Positions 1-10,301 of a stretch of 64,000 nt of DNA are shown piece by piece. The notes beneath the pieces are model-generated. The model saw nothing but the letters and a program-made list of their open reading frames with translations, was not told where the DNA came from and made no database searches. Position numbers and translations under genes: made by a program. The DNA lies in assembly GCF_006345805.1 (NCBI RefSeq), contig NC_043002.1, positions 21,266,001 through 21,330,000 of the forward strand. Reading direction: 5' to 3'. The DNA is from Octopus sinensis (lineage: Eukaryota). The first letter of the stretch is position 1, and the number at the start of each line of letters is the position of its first letter.

Positions 1-498
1 TTATGGTGGTGGTGGTGGTGGTGGTGGTGGTGGTGGTAACAGCACTGTTGGTAGCATTGGTGAGGTATTAGCAATAGAAGAGGTCATGTTACTTACAACA
101 GTGCTGATCTCACTGATGGGGACGTTGGTAATTGTAGTATGGATGGTACTCACAGCTGTAGCTGTTGTAGTTGTTACTATAGTGATGATGGTTCTGGCGG
201 TTGTAGCAGTGATGATGATGATGATAGTGTTTTATAGTAGTGGTAGCAGTGGTGATTTGCACTTCCAATAGTGTCATTAACTGCAGTAATGGTAGTTGTA
301 CTGGTTGTTGTTTGTTGTTGTTACTGGTGTTGTTTAACCATAGGTCAGCCCTGACTGAACAGACCTAAATTCATAGGCATTCCAACCATGACCACTATGT
401 CTTGTTTTCAGGATTAGTGAATCAGTCTATGACTACGAATAAGATTTGGCTGCTATTTCAAGCAGATTGAGAGTCAATATAGAAGCTATACTGACTCT

Positions 499-793
499 CA
501 GTCATGGGCAAACTGTGGCCTTTGGGTCACATGTGGCCCACAGGACTTTCAAAATGGCACGCTTAATTAAAAATTACTTTGAATTTTATGATGAGCCATT
601 TTCATGTGGCCCACTTAATGATGAGCCATGTGTCATGTGGTTCACCTAATGATGAGCCATGTCTCATGTGGCCCACCTAATGATGAGCCATGTCTCACGT
701 GGCCCACCTAATGATGAGCCATGTCTCATGTGGCCCACCTAATGATGAGCCATGTCATGTGGCCAAGTTCTCAAAAAAGTTTGCCGATGCCTG
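499..793. mobile_element. hAT (Charlie-like) non-autonomous element / MITE
   Basis: Terminal inverted repeats CAGTCATGGGCAAACT (499-514) and AGTTTGCCGATGCCTG (778-793) match 14/16. Subterminal TGTGGCCC motifs are present. The 8-bp flanks do not match, so no TSD is supported. Confidence 0.55.
587..763. repeat. 31-bp tandem repeat, about 6 copies, inside the hAT-like element
   Basis: Unit TAATGATGAGCCATGTCTCATGTGGCCCACC repeated head to tail. Confidence 0.9.
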
Positions 794-1038
794 ATATAGA
801 TGCACTGCTGCTAGTTCATAGTTGAACTAGTCATTATGATAGGTGTAGTGGTGGTGGTTGTTGTAGTGGCTAGGTAATGGTGTTGGTGGTAGTTTTACTG
901 GTAGTCATGGTAACTGAAGTGATAGTGGTTTTAGGGGGGCATTATTCTTGCAGTTGTCATTTTATCCATCTCTACGTTCAAAGTTCAAATTCTGCAAAGT
1001 TTCACTTTGCCTTTCATCATTTAGTTAAGCACCGGGGT

Positions 1039-1511
1039 ACCTGTGAATTCATGGGATTATTAGTAGGACCTGTAAATTTGCAGAATTACGAATGGGACCT
1101 GTGAATTCACGGAATTACTAGCAGGACCTGTGAATTTGTAGAATTACTAGTGAGACCTGTGAATTCATGGAATTACTAGTGGGTCCTGTGAATTCACGGA
1201 ATTACTAGCAGGACCTGTGAATTCAAGGAATTACTAGCAGGACCTGTGAATTCAAGGAATTACTAGTAGGACCTGTGAATTCATGGTATTACTAGCCAGA
1301 CCTGTGAATTCACGGAATTACTAGTAGGACCTGTGGGGACCTGTGAATTCACAGAATTACTAGTGGGACCTGTGAATTCATGGAATTACTAGCGAAACCT
1401 GTGAATTCATGGGATTACTAGTAGGACATGTGAATTCACATAATTACTAGCGGGACCTGTGAATTCACGGAATTACTAGTGGGACCTGTGAATTCATGGA
1501 AATAATGGTAA
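1039..1511. repeat. 29-bp minisatellite, about 16 copies
   Basis: Unit ACCTGTGAATTCACGGAATTACTAGYRGG repeated, with one truncated unit near 1330. Confidence 0.95.
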
Positions 1512-1675
1512 ACCTATTGGGTTATTTCTGAAAATTTTATCCCAAAAACCTGAAAGTGCAGCCTGTGGTTTTGTCTGTATCAAAAGATAGTCACTCATCT
1601 GCTGCTCATTGAAAAGTGAAAGAAAATGAAATACAATGATTACTTAATGCACTTTGAATATACACTTTATATACT

Positions 1676-2267
1676 ATTCCTTTTTGTGTTTCTAGCACTA
1701 CGCTTCATTATTTGGAAGCCTTTTATTATATTTCTATACGAAAAATATATAGTCTAATGACTAATTCGTCTTTTGTGCTAGGCCACTGGTAATAATTTAT
1801 TTTATTACCCTATTTGATTATGTTTAAATATTGCTTGATAAATTTGTTCGTAAATTTTTTACCAGCATCCTCTCTGTTCGCCGGGTATGTTTTGCGTCTG
1901 CGCAAAGGTTTGAAAAGTTAGGATATACAAACCGTTAGATCTACATGTGCTTCTAACAGTCTGTGCATCTAGGATTACGAAGGCTTCCCACTGAAGAACC
2001 TGGCCTGGCAAATATATTCTGTGTTTGCTAAAAATAGGTAGAAACCGTTCGGTCTGGGATATAGCTGAGATGGTAAATGTTTTTAATTTTCATTCCTTTC
2101 ATGAATTTATCCCTTTTTGTGTTTCTAGCACTACGCTTCCTTATTTGGAAGCCTTTTATTATATTTCTATACGAAAAATATATAGTCTAATGACTAATTT
2201 GTCTTTTGTGCTAGGCCACTGGTAATAATAATTTATTTTATTACCCTATTTGATTATGTTTAAATAT
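1676..2267 (+). mobile_element. Retrozyme / Penelope-like non-autonomous insertion with terminal direct repeats
   Basis: Direct repeats of about 155 bp (1679-1831, 2112-2267; period 433) flank a hammerhead-containing core. An 11-bp flanking duplication CTTTATATACT lies at 1665-1675 and 2268-2278. Confidence 0.65.
1986..2059 (+). ncRNA. Type I hammerhead ribozyme motif
   Basis: Stem I UCCCA/UGGGA; core CUGAAGA (1991-1997); stem II ACCU/AGGU with an inner 11-bp hairpin; GAAA (2041-2044); stem III ACCG-UU-CGGU; cleavage triplet GUC ending at 2054. One extra A lies before GAAA. Confidence 0.7.
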
Positions 2268-2785
2268 CTTTATATACTTTATGTACAATTTTATAGACTT
2301 AATACACAATACTCATAAAATAAATATTCACTCTTATTTTTCTATTTTTCTTATAAACAAAAAAAATATCCCCAGTACATATGATACAAGCTTTAATTGA
2401 ATTGCATATATCTGCCATCCACCACCACCATCATTGTCTTTCTCCCTTCTCTCTCTCCCTCCCCTTCTCACTGTGCCTTTCTTTAACCTCGCCATCAGAA
2501 CATCACCCCTCTGCTAAAATTATATTTTAACTCTCCTCCTCTACCTTCAACTAACTTTTTTTTAACCATGTAATGAATATTACATTTCCCCTACCTCACA
2601 TCATGGACACTTCTCTCTCCCTCTTTTTCATTATCCCTCTTTGCCTTATCCCCTTTTTTTCTCACCTTTTTCTTTCTCCTCTTTTTCCCTTCAACTAATC
2701 ACCTGAAAGAGTCACAATTACATTCCCTCTACCTCACATCATGGACGCTTTTCTCTCCTGCTTTTTCTCTAATTACATGAAAGCA

Positions 2786-3093
2786 ATGGAGGCACAGTGG
2801 CCCAGTGGTTAGGGCAGCGGACTCGCAGTTGGAGGATCGTGGTTTCGATTCCCAGACCGGGTGTTGTATGTGTTTATTGAGCGAAAACACCTAAAGCTCC
2901 ACGAAGCTCCGGCAGGGAGTGGTGACAACCCCTGTTGTACTCTTTCACCCCAACTTTCTCTCAATCTTCCTTCCTATTTCTTGAGTAACGCTGTGAGGGA
3001 CTGGCGTCCCATCCAGCTGAGGTGAACACATCCACAGAAACCGAGAAACCAGGCCCATGAGCTTGGCTAGGCTTGAAAAGGGCGCATAAATAA
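2786..3093 (+). mobile_element. tRNA-derived SINE with TSD
   Basis: A-box TGGCCCAGTGG and B-box-like GTTTCGATTCC. 11-bp TSD ACATGAAAGCA at 2775-2785 and 3094-3104. Confidence 0.85.
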
Positions 3094-3199
3094 ACATGAA
3101 AGCATTACCGACAAACTAAGTAATGCAATTACTTGCATTATTATAAGACTCTTCAACCTGACTCAGGATTGATATTATTCCTTATAGAATTTATGTAGG

Positions 3200-3750
3200 T
3201 ATCCAGTTACCACCTGTAACCTTACATATCCATAAGCTTTCAGCAATCTTTCATGTGCTCAAAACGCTTCTTATTATCTTCCCTGTTCCTAAGAGGCAAA
3301 CTTTCAGTAGAAGCTCTACAGGACATTACATTCCAATCTCCTTCAACCATTTGTCTGTATCTTTACTCACAGTTCCTAATGCACCAGCTATTACAGGCAC
3401 AATCTTTAGTTTTCGTATTCTAAATTCTTGCAATCTCAAATTTTAAGGGAGTTATATATATTTTTTAATTTTTCACTTCTTCTTCACAATTCTGGAATAA
3501 AATGGACACGATGGATCAATCAGTAAGCAAATTTGCTTTTCCTTGTCTATTAAAGTTATATCTGGCTTATTACTTTCTGTTTTTTTATCCATTTAAATCT
3601 TGCATTTTCCAACTCATGTACTCTTTATACCAAGTACTTCCAGCTTCAAACCCTCATTTCTGACAGGGTTTCCAGTGCAAAACTTTCTCAACTTGGCCAT
3701 GATATCAATTTTTATATTCTCCCTGAACCAACTTGGGTCATTCTGCAAAA
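3200..3750 (-). mobile_element. R4/Dong-type non-LTR retrotransposon, 3' fragment (restriction-like endonuclease)
   Basis: Minus-strand translation with stops and shifts: HDQVEKVLHWK...KPDITLIDKEKQICLLIDPSCP...KFEIARI...KIVPVIAGALGTV. Abuts (ATT)n at 3751. Confidence 0.8.
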
Positions 3751-3840
3751 TTATTATTATTATCATTATTATTATTATTATTATTATTACTATTATTATT
3801 ATTGTTGTTGTTGTTATTACTATTATTATTATTATTATTA

Positions 3841-3879
<39 letters not shown>

Positions 3880-3892
3880 TATTATTATTAAG

Positions 3893-4105
3893 ATGGCAAA
3901 CTTGCAGAATCATTAGCATGCTGGGCAAGATGCTTAGCAGCATTTCACTGATCTCTACGTTCTGAGTTCAAATTCCACCGAGGTCGACCTTGCCTTTCAT
4001 TCTTTCGGAGTCGATAAATTAAGTAACAGTGAAATGCTGAGGTTGATGTAGCTGACTAGAACCCTCCCCCAAAATTTCAGACCTTGTGCCTTTTGTAGAA
4101 GGGAT
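3893..4105 (+). mobile_element. tRNA-derived SINE of the most abundant family in the window (core GTCGACTTTGCCTTTCATCCTTTCGGGGTCGATAAA)
   Basis: Matches about 15 other copies, including 26330-26540, 27240-27445, 32775-32965, 34000-34760, 35215-35630, 53365-53572 and 60715-60835. The core resembles the MetaSINE central domain (from memory, unverified). Confidence 0.75.
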
Positions 4106-4112
4106 TATTATG

Positions 4113-4151
<39 letters not shown>

Positions 4152-4710
4152 GAGTGAGAGAGCAGTGCATGCCATCAAAGTGACACTGGGGTAATATATA
4201 CGAAGCCCAGTATACCCATCATGACTACCCGTCTGATAAGGGTACACTAGGCACATGCATCACAACCATATGGGCGCGACATGGTGATCTCATATCAAGA
4301 TAAACAGCACATGACCTTGCAGGTGGGGACCAGTTAGAATTTTCTTCAGGTCGAGTAACCCATCCCACTCGAAAGGTCTCTGAATAAGGATTGTTTAACC
4401 CTTTAGTGTTTGCATTATTCTGCCAAAATTAATGCTTCTTCATCTACATTGTTTTGAATTAATCATGCATTATCTTGTAGCTATGAGATTTTGATGAGGT
4501 AGCTGTTAATTTTTTAAACAATATTGTAGGGTTGGTGTGAGAGACCAAATATGGCTAGTTTGAACATAAAACAGGTAGAATATTTTTGGCCGGATATGGC
4601 CGGTTTAAATGCTAAAGGGTTAAGGGTGTTGAACGAAACACCCATGTTTCCAGAGGTGAATTATTCAAACCCCAAAGAATCCCTCTCAACACATGGCTAT
4701 GATGCTCCCC

Positions 4711-4711
<1 letters not shown>
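4152..4711 (-). mobile_element. (TAA)n-tailed non-autonomous retroelement inserted in an (ATT)n tract
   Basis: Near-identical to 40870-41345 and, inverted, to 32165-32283. Ends CTCTCTCACTC-(AAT)n. No ORF. Confidence 0.7.
4399..4619. mobile_element. piggyBac-type MITE, 221 bp
   Basis: Termini CCCTTTAG...CTAAAGGG with TTAA TSD (4395-4398, 4620-4623). The paralogous host copy near 41111 has a single TTAA (empty site). Confidence 0.85.
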
Positions 4712-4793
<82 letters not shown>

Positions 4794-5294
4794 TTGGTAG
4801 TACATACAGATGTGGTGAAGGTGGTAGTAATGGTGGTTGTGATGATGGTGATGATGATGACAGGGTGGCAGGAAGAGCTTCAAATATAGCATCTGTCACT
4901 GTTATTATTGTTTTTGCTGTTGCTGATGTTGTTGTTGTTGTTGCTTTGTTCTCTCCCTTTAGTCATATAATTCTTTTAAGAAGCTTAACAGAAGATAATA
5001 CATTGTCAATTGAATTCATCATCATCATCAGCTTCACCCTCACCTTCACTGCCTCCTCTCCTTCCTTCCTTTCCTCTTCCCCATTATCCCCACTATGACC
5101 TTCAATTTCAACATCATCATCATCATCATCATCATCATAATTGTCTTCACCCTCACCTTCACCCACCTCCACCCCCTTCCTTCTGCTCTTCATCCTCATT
5201 ATCACTACTATGACCTTCATCATCCCCATCATCGTTGTTGTCATTGTCATCGTCATTATCATCCACATTGTCATCATTTTATTTTAATCAGGAT

Positions 5295-5328
<34 letters not shown>

Positions 5329-5866
5329 TATATATATATCGCTTCAGCTGAGACAGATGCTGTGTGATGGAGTTAATTCCCCAAACCATATCCACTTCAA
5401 ATAAATAGCATTTTTGGAACAGTAACCATGTCATTTTTGTCGTCGTCATCATCATCATCATCATCATTATACTCATACTCATGTTCATGAGTTTGTTTTA
5501 AATAAAGTTGAGATTTCAAATAATTACTGTAAAAAAAAATGTGATCTGAAATGTTTACTGAATGAAAACATGTCAACAAATACCCTGTAGCTTATTTTAA
5601 TTAAAAGAGAGATCCTGATAAATGTATAATGTTCTGTTGCTGATCTAACCAGTAACCTTATTGTATATTAGATTTTTACATGTCACATTTTCATTCTTCA
5701 AGAATCTATGTTTTATTTGACATGTAACTATGAGTTATATATTTGATCTACGAGCATCCATCTTTGTCTCATATTGCAGTACGAAATAACCAATATATAT
5801 TTTATGTTGCACAACACATATAGTTGTGTGGCATACATACAGGTGTCTATCTAGCCATCAATGTAC

Positions 5867-5921
<55 letters not shown>

Positions 5922-5939
5922 TCTTCAAATATAGTTGAA

Positions 5940-6048
5940 GGAGTGGCTGTGTGATAAGTAGCTTGCTTACCAACCACATGGTTCTGGGAGTAGATTTGGC
6001 AGACGGAAACTGAATGTATGTATATATATATATATGTGTGTGTGTGTG

Positions 6049-6085
<37 letters not shown>

Positions 6086-6200
6086 GTGTGTCAGTGTTTG
6101 TCCCCCCAACATCAACAACCGAATAAGTACTAGTTGATTTGCTTGAATAAAGGTGGTGCTCCAGCATGGCCACAGTCAAATGACTGAAACAAGTAAAAGA
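5940..6200 (+). mobile_element. tRNA-derived SINE, second family (internal microsatellite; tail CAGTCAAATGACTGAAACAAGTAAAAGA)
   Basis: Same family as 7645-7795, 8600-8790, 30048-30630, 38020-38190, 40505-40635, 52490-52918 and 53845-54222. Confidence 0.75.
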
Positions 6201-6236
6201 GTAGAAGAATATACATACATACATACATACATACAT

Positions 6237-6790
6237 GGTGGCTGCCCCCTTGTTATCGAGTATGGCTATTGCACGAAGCTTAATCAATGTTGTTATTGTG
6301 CAATGCCTGTGCAAGAAGATTTTTTTTTAAGTGAGGAAAGGCTGTGCACTGAGTCAATCCCACTCACTAAGCAACAGCAGCCATAATCCGAAAAGAAGAA
6401 CAAGTTAACATCATCGGTAACCACTGAGCCGCAGGTTTTATGTCGGAGTTATCCCAGTTACCTGAGTTACCTTCTCCTAGAAGGATGCCCTAACAAAGGC
6501 TAGGAGTCCTTCAATCCCAATGGTTTAACCGCGCGATCGGGTATTCAGTCCGATTATTTCTATGTCCCCGTGCATGATCCAGCCTTAAGACATTTATTGG
6601 ATGGCCATTGACTCTCAAGAGTTCCTCCATCCTTTGACGGGTTTTGTTTTTCATCCCGCAGGGTGTCCAATAAACACCCTCCTCACCAAGCAAGCTTGGT
6701 GGGGCTGCCGGTTTAGTCGCCGACGACCCGACCATGCAACAGGTTGTACTGGGTTACATGTTACCAGTAGCACTCGAAAATGACCTGACA
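6237..6790 (-). mobile_element. RTE-type 5' UTR-like fragment
   Basis: The minus strand carries GGGCATCCTTCTAGGAGAAGGTAACTC...AAAACCT, similar to the 5' UTR motif of the full RTE at 48474-48510. Flanked by (CATA)n. Confidence 0.5.
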
Positions 6791-6944
6791 TAACATACAT
6801 ACATACACATACATACATACATACATACATACACACATACATACATACATATATATACATACATACATACATACATACATACATACTACATACATACATA
6901 CATACATACATACATGCATGCATGCATGCATCTACATATATCAG

Positions 6945-7620
6945 GGAGAGAAGCAGAAAGTAAGAGGTTTGCCACTGCTCAGAAGTGTAAATTGTTCCAA
7001 ATTGCTAAGCAGTGTTTGAGCGTGAATCAAGATATTGTTAAGGAAACAGTAATAGAATAACAGTAAAGCACTCAACCTTCTGACACCAAGAAGAAAGAGA
7101 CATGGAATTGTTACTAAGAGCAACTGCCAAATTGGAGAACGCATGAAGGAGAAAGAAGGAGAGGGGAGAGAGAGAGAGAGAGAGAGAGCAGCTATTGAAT
7201 TTTACAGCTAATATGGTTGAAAGGGGCAGATATGGAAGTAAGGAAAGTATTGGATTATCAGGGATTATTGCTGAGATGCAGAATAAATCTGGTGAACTGA
7301 GATGTACACCAGTCACTCACATATTTAGCATGCATGTAGGCATCCACGGAGGGCGGGGGTCAGTTTTTGGCCTCTTCCTCTGTATTTTAGTTCTCCAGGC
7401 CATGATAGGGTTGTTCAAGACTGGCTGTCCTTGGGAAATTCCTGGCACTTATGACCAAATCACTGAAGGAATTAGAGAAGTTCCAAAAATGGAAGCAGAG
7501 CCTAGAATCAAGAAGTCTAAAAATAAATCTAGCTAAGACAAAAATCTTAACAGAAACAAACATATAACTCTATAGTATTCTGGAAAGTGGAAATGTCTAA
7601 CATGTAGAAGTTTTGAGATA
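6945..7620 (+). mobile_element. Degenerate RTE LINE fragments (same family as 12.8 kb and 39 kb)
   Basis: CTGGCTGTCCTTGGGAAATTCC...CTAGAATCAAGAAGTCTAAAAATAAATCTAGCTAAGACAAAA aligns by eye to 12800-12925. Confidence 0.5.
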
Positions 7621-7800
7621 TATATATAGGGATTATATAGGCGTGGACATGGCTGTGTGGTAAGAAGCTTGCTTCCCAACCACATGGCTTTGGGTTCAGT
7701 CCCACTGTGTGGCACCTTGGGCAAATGCCTTCTACTATAGCCTCGGGTTGACCAAAGCCTGAGAGTGAATTTGGTAACTGAAAGAAGCCTATCATATACA

Positions 7801-7963
7801 CTGTATTTTAACATGTATAAGGAACCCCTTAATATTTTGGGTTTAAAATTTGGAGAAAAAAGGTTTTGTAAGGGATTATAATACTATACATGTATAAGAA
7901 ACTCCCATATATTTTAAACTTAATTTTTGCCAAAGACGGTTCCTTATACATGTTAAAATATGG
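7801..7963. mobile_element. Tc1/mariner- or pogo-type MITE, 163 bp
   Basis: 26-bp TIRs CTGTATTTTAACATGTATAAGGAACC / GGTTCCTTATACATGTTAAAATATGG. TA follows the right end. Confidence 0.75.
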
Positions 7964-7997
<34 letters not shown>

Positions 7998-8014
7998 GAT
8001 ATATATATATATAT

Positions 8015-8302
8015 ATGGAGGTGCAATGGCCCAGTAGTTAGAGCAGCTGACTCGCGGTTTCGATTCCCTGACTGAGTATTGTGAGTGTTTATTGAGCAAA
8101 AACACCTAAAGCTCCACGAGGCTCCAGCAGGGGGTGGTGGCAACCCCTGCTGTACTCTTTCGCCACAACTTTCTCTCACTCTTTCTTCTGTTGGCCTGCT
8201 CGCTTAGCCAGCGGGGTGGCATCATTTGAAGGCTAAAACAATGCAAAGCGCATTGTGACCAGTGATGTGTAGCAACATCTGATAACCTGGTTGGTCATGG
8301 TA
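8015..8302 (+). mobile_element. tRNA-derived SINE, third family
   Basis: Same head as 2786; same body as 47955-48245. Confidence 0.8.
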
Positions 8303-8326
8303 ATATATATATATATACATATATAC

Positions 8327-8395
<69 letters not shown>

Positions 8396-9059
8396 GGAAA
8401 AAAGTCAAGGTAGAAAATGCTAAAATAATTTTATAAAAAACATTTCAGTCATTGAGACTTCTTCAACTGTAAGCATGGAAAACAATTAATTTTAGAAAAA
8501 TTAAATGAAAAGTTTTTTAAGAGAATATTTGCATAGTATTCAAATACAAGGGCCATTTTCCTTGTTTCTGCCTGTCTCTGTCTTTCTTTGTATATATTTA
8601 TGTGTGTATGTCTTTGTGTCTGTGTTTGTCCCCATACCATTGCTTAACAACTGATGTTGCCGTGTTTGCATCCCTGTAACTTAGAGGTTTGCCAAAAGAG
8701 AATGATAGAATAAGTACGAGACTTACAAAGAATAAGTCCTGGGGTCTATTTCTTTGAGTAAAACCTTTTGAGGTGATGCTCCAGCGGCTGATCCAATGGA
8801 TTGTCTCCGGTCTCGAGTGGTGTCCCATTTTAACTCTGCCACCTGAATCTTTAGTCGTGTCTGCTCTGTAACAAGCATTCAGACCAAGCCAGTCTCTCTC
8901 AAAGGCAGTTACACAGAAAGGTCATGCGTAACTACCGTACCTCTTCTAACAACGCTGTAAGGAAAGATGACCAGGTTCTTTGGACTGGTATGACTTTGAT
9001 CATAGTCATACTTGATCAGGGCTGACTTAGGGTTAAATAACTACATAGTTATTATCACC

Positions 9060-9087
9060 ACCATCAGTCAACACCATCATCATCATT

Positions 9088-9128
<41 letters not shown>

Positions 9129-9294
9129 ATTCATCATCATCAACACCGTCATCATCGTCATCATCATTATCATCATCAGCACCATCATCATCATATTCAT
9201 CATCATATTCATCATCATCACCACCACCACCACCACCACCACCACCACCACCATCACCACCACCACCACCACCACCACCACCACCACCCACCAC

Positions 9295-9330
<36 letters not shown>
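9060..9330. repeat. (CAT)n/(CAC)n compound microsatellite
   Basis: Direct inspection; it is the source of the poly-His, poly-Asp and poly-Gly pseudo-ORFs. Confidence 0.95.
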
Positions 9331-9332
<2 letters not shown>

Positions 9333-9938
9333 ACAGTATCACCATTACCTGCACCATCACCAGTGAAGGAACGTATATGTGTTGAATTGACTTGCAAGAA
9401 ATAGCCACCAAATCCTATATTAGCAAAAGGCAGGACACTTTGGAGCATAAGCTAGTCATTCAAAACAAGGAACTGCTACAGCTGGAATGCTTCAGTCTGC
9501 TCAATCAAGGCTAACCTGGAGTCAAACAACAATAGCAACAACACCAATATCACAATTATTAAAACCTCCATCATATCCACAGTTTAACGAGGAAGCCTCT
9601 GTGTACTTATTCCAGTAGCTAGAAATAACAACCAAATCTACCTCAAATCAAATCCTATCACCTTAAAAAAAGTTGTATAATGTAATATGGAGTGCACATT
9701 GCATGAAAGTAGATGGGATGGTCATGACTGGAATGGTTTAATCATTGATCTGCTCAGTCAAGGTTGATCTGTTATGATTACCATTTCATGATTGCTAACT
9801 CCCCCTCACCAACATTACCATCATCACCACCAACATCATCACCACTGTCAACATCATCACCACCATCACCACCATCACAATATTTATCAACACCATCAAC
9901 ATCATAATAATCACCATAATAGTCATCAACCAACTTAC

Positions 9939-10126
9939 TTGATTTTCTCTGCCATAGGGGATCCTCTTCTTGGTGCTATCCCTATTGTGTATCATCCGCG
10001 CATACATAGGGATGCCAAAGGGTCTGACCTTCTCTCGCAGCCCCACCTCATTTAGTGCTGACAAACCCCGTTCAGAAAGGGCCAAGTTTATACTCCGGCC
10101 ACTTACATGGGTTTCTTTTCTGATGT
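9939..10126 (-). CDS. KMO: Kynurenine 3-monooxygenase, coding exon 3 (188 nt)
   Basis: (D)IRKETHVSGRSINLALSERGLSALNEVGLREKVRPFGIPMYARMIHNRDSTKKRIPYGRENQ contains the KMO motifs GRSINLALS and GIPMxARMIH. Acceptor TTTTTCAG, donor GTAAGT; phase 1 matches exon 2. Confidence 0.96.
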
Positions 10127-10161
10127 CTGAAAAATACAAAAATAATTGACATTATTTATAA

Positions 10162-10196
<35 letters not shown>

Positions 10197-10301
10197 ATGG
10201 AAATATTTTATACGCTTATATTAGCATTTATATATATTTATATACATATGCATTATATAGTCATATCTACATATATGTACATCCTTCTATTTCTTTCTCT
10301 G

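Noticed and set aside
587-1511. CRISPR-like appearance of the 31-bp and 29-bp arrays
   Set aside because: Units are head to tail with no unique spacers, there are no cas genes, and the context is eukaryotic intron.
3600-5488. Poly-Ile, poly-Leu, poly-His and poly-Asp ORFs that look like membrane or low-complexity proteins
   Set aside because: They are translations of (ATT)n, (GTA)n and (CAT)n microsatellites.
9012-9448. His-rich and Gly/Asp-rich ORFs
   Set aside because: Pure triplet repeats, open in several frames, with no splice or homology support.
1-9938. KMO exon 4 (expected YI.SV.R..LN..LL, about 49 nt)
   Set aside because: I inspected the non-repeat segments on the minus strand and found no match with splice sites. 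It probably lies before position 1, though I could have missed a short exon.
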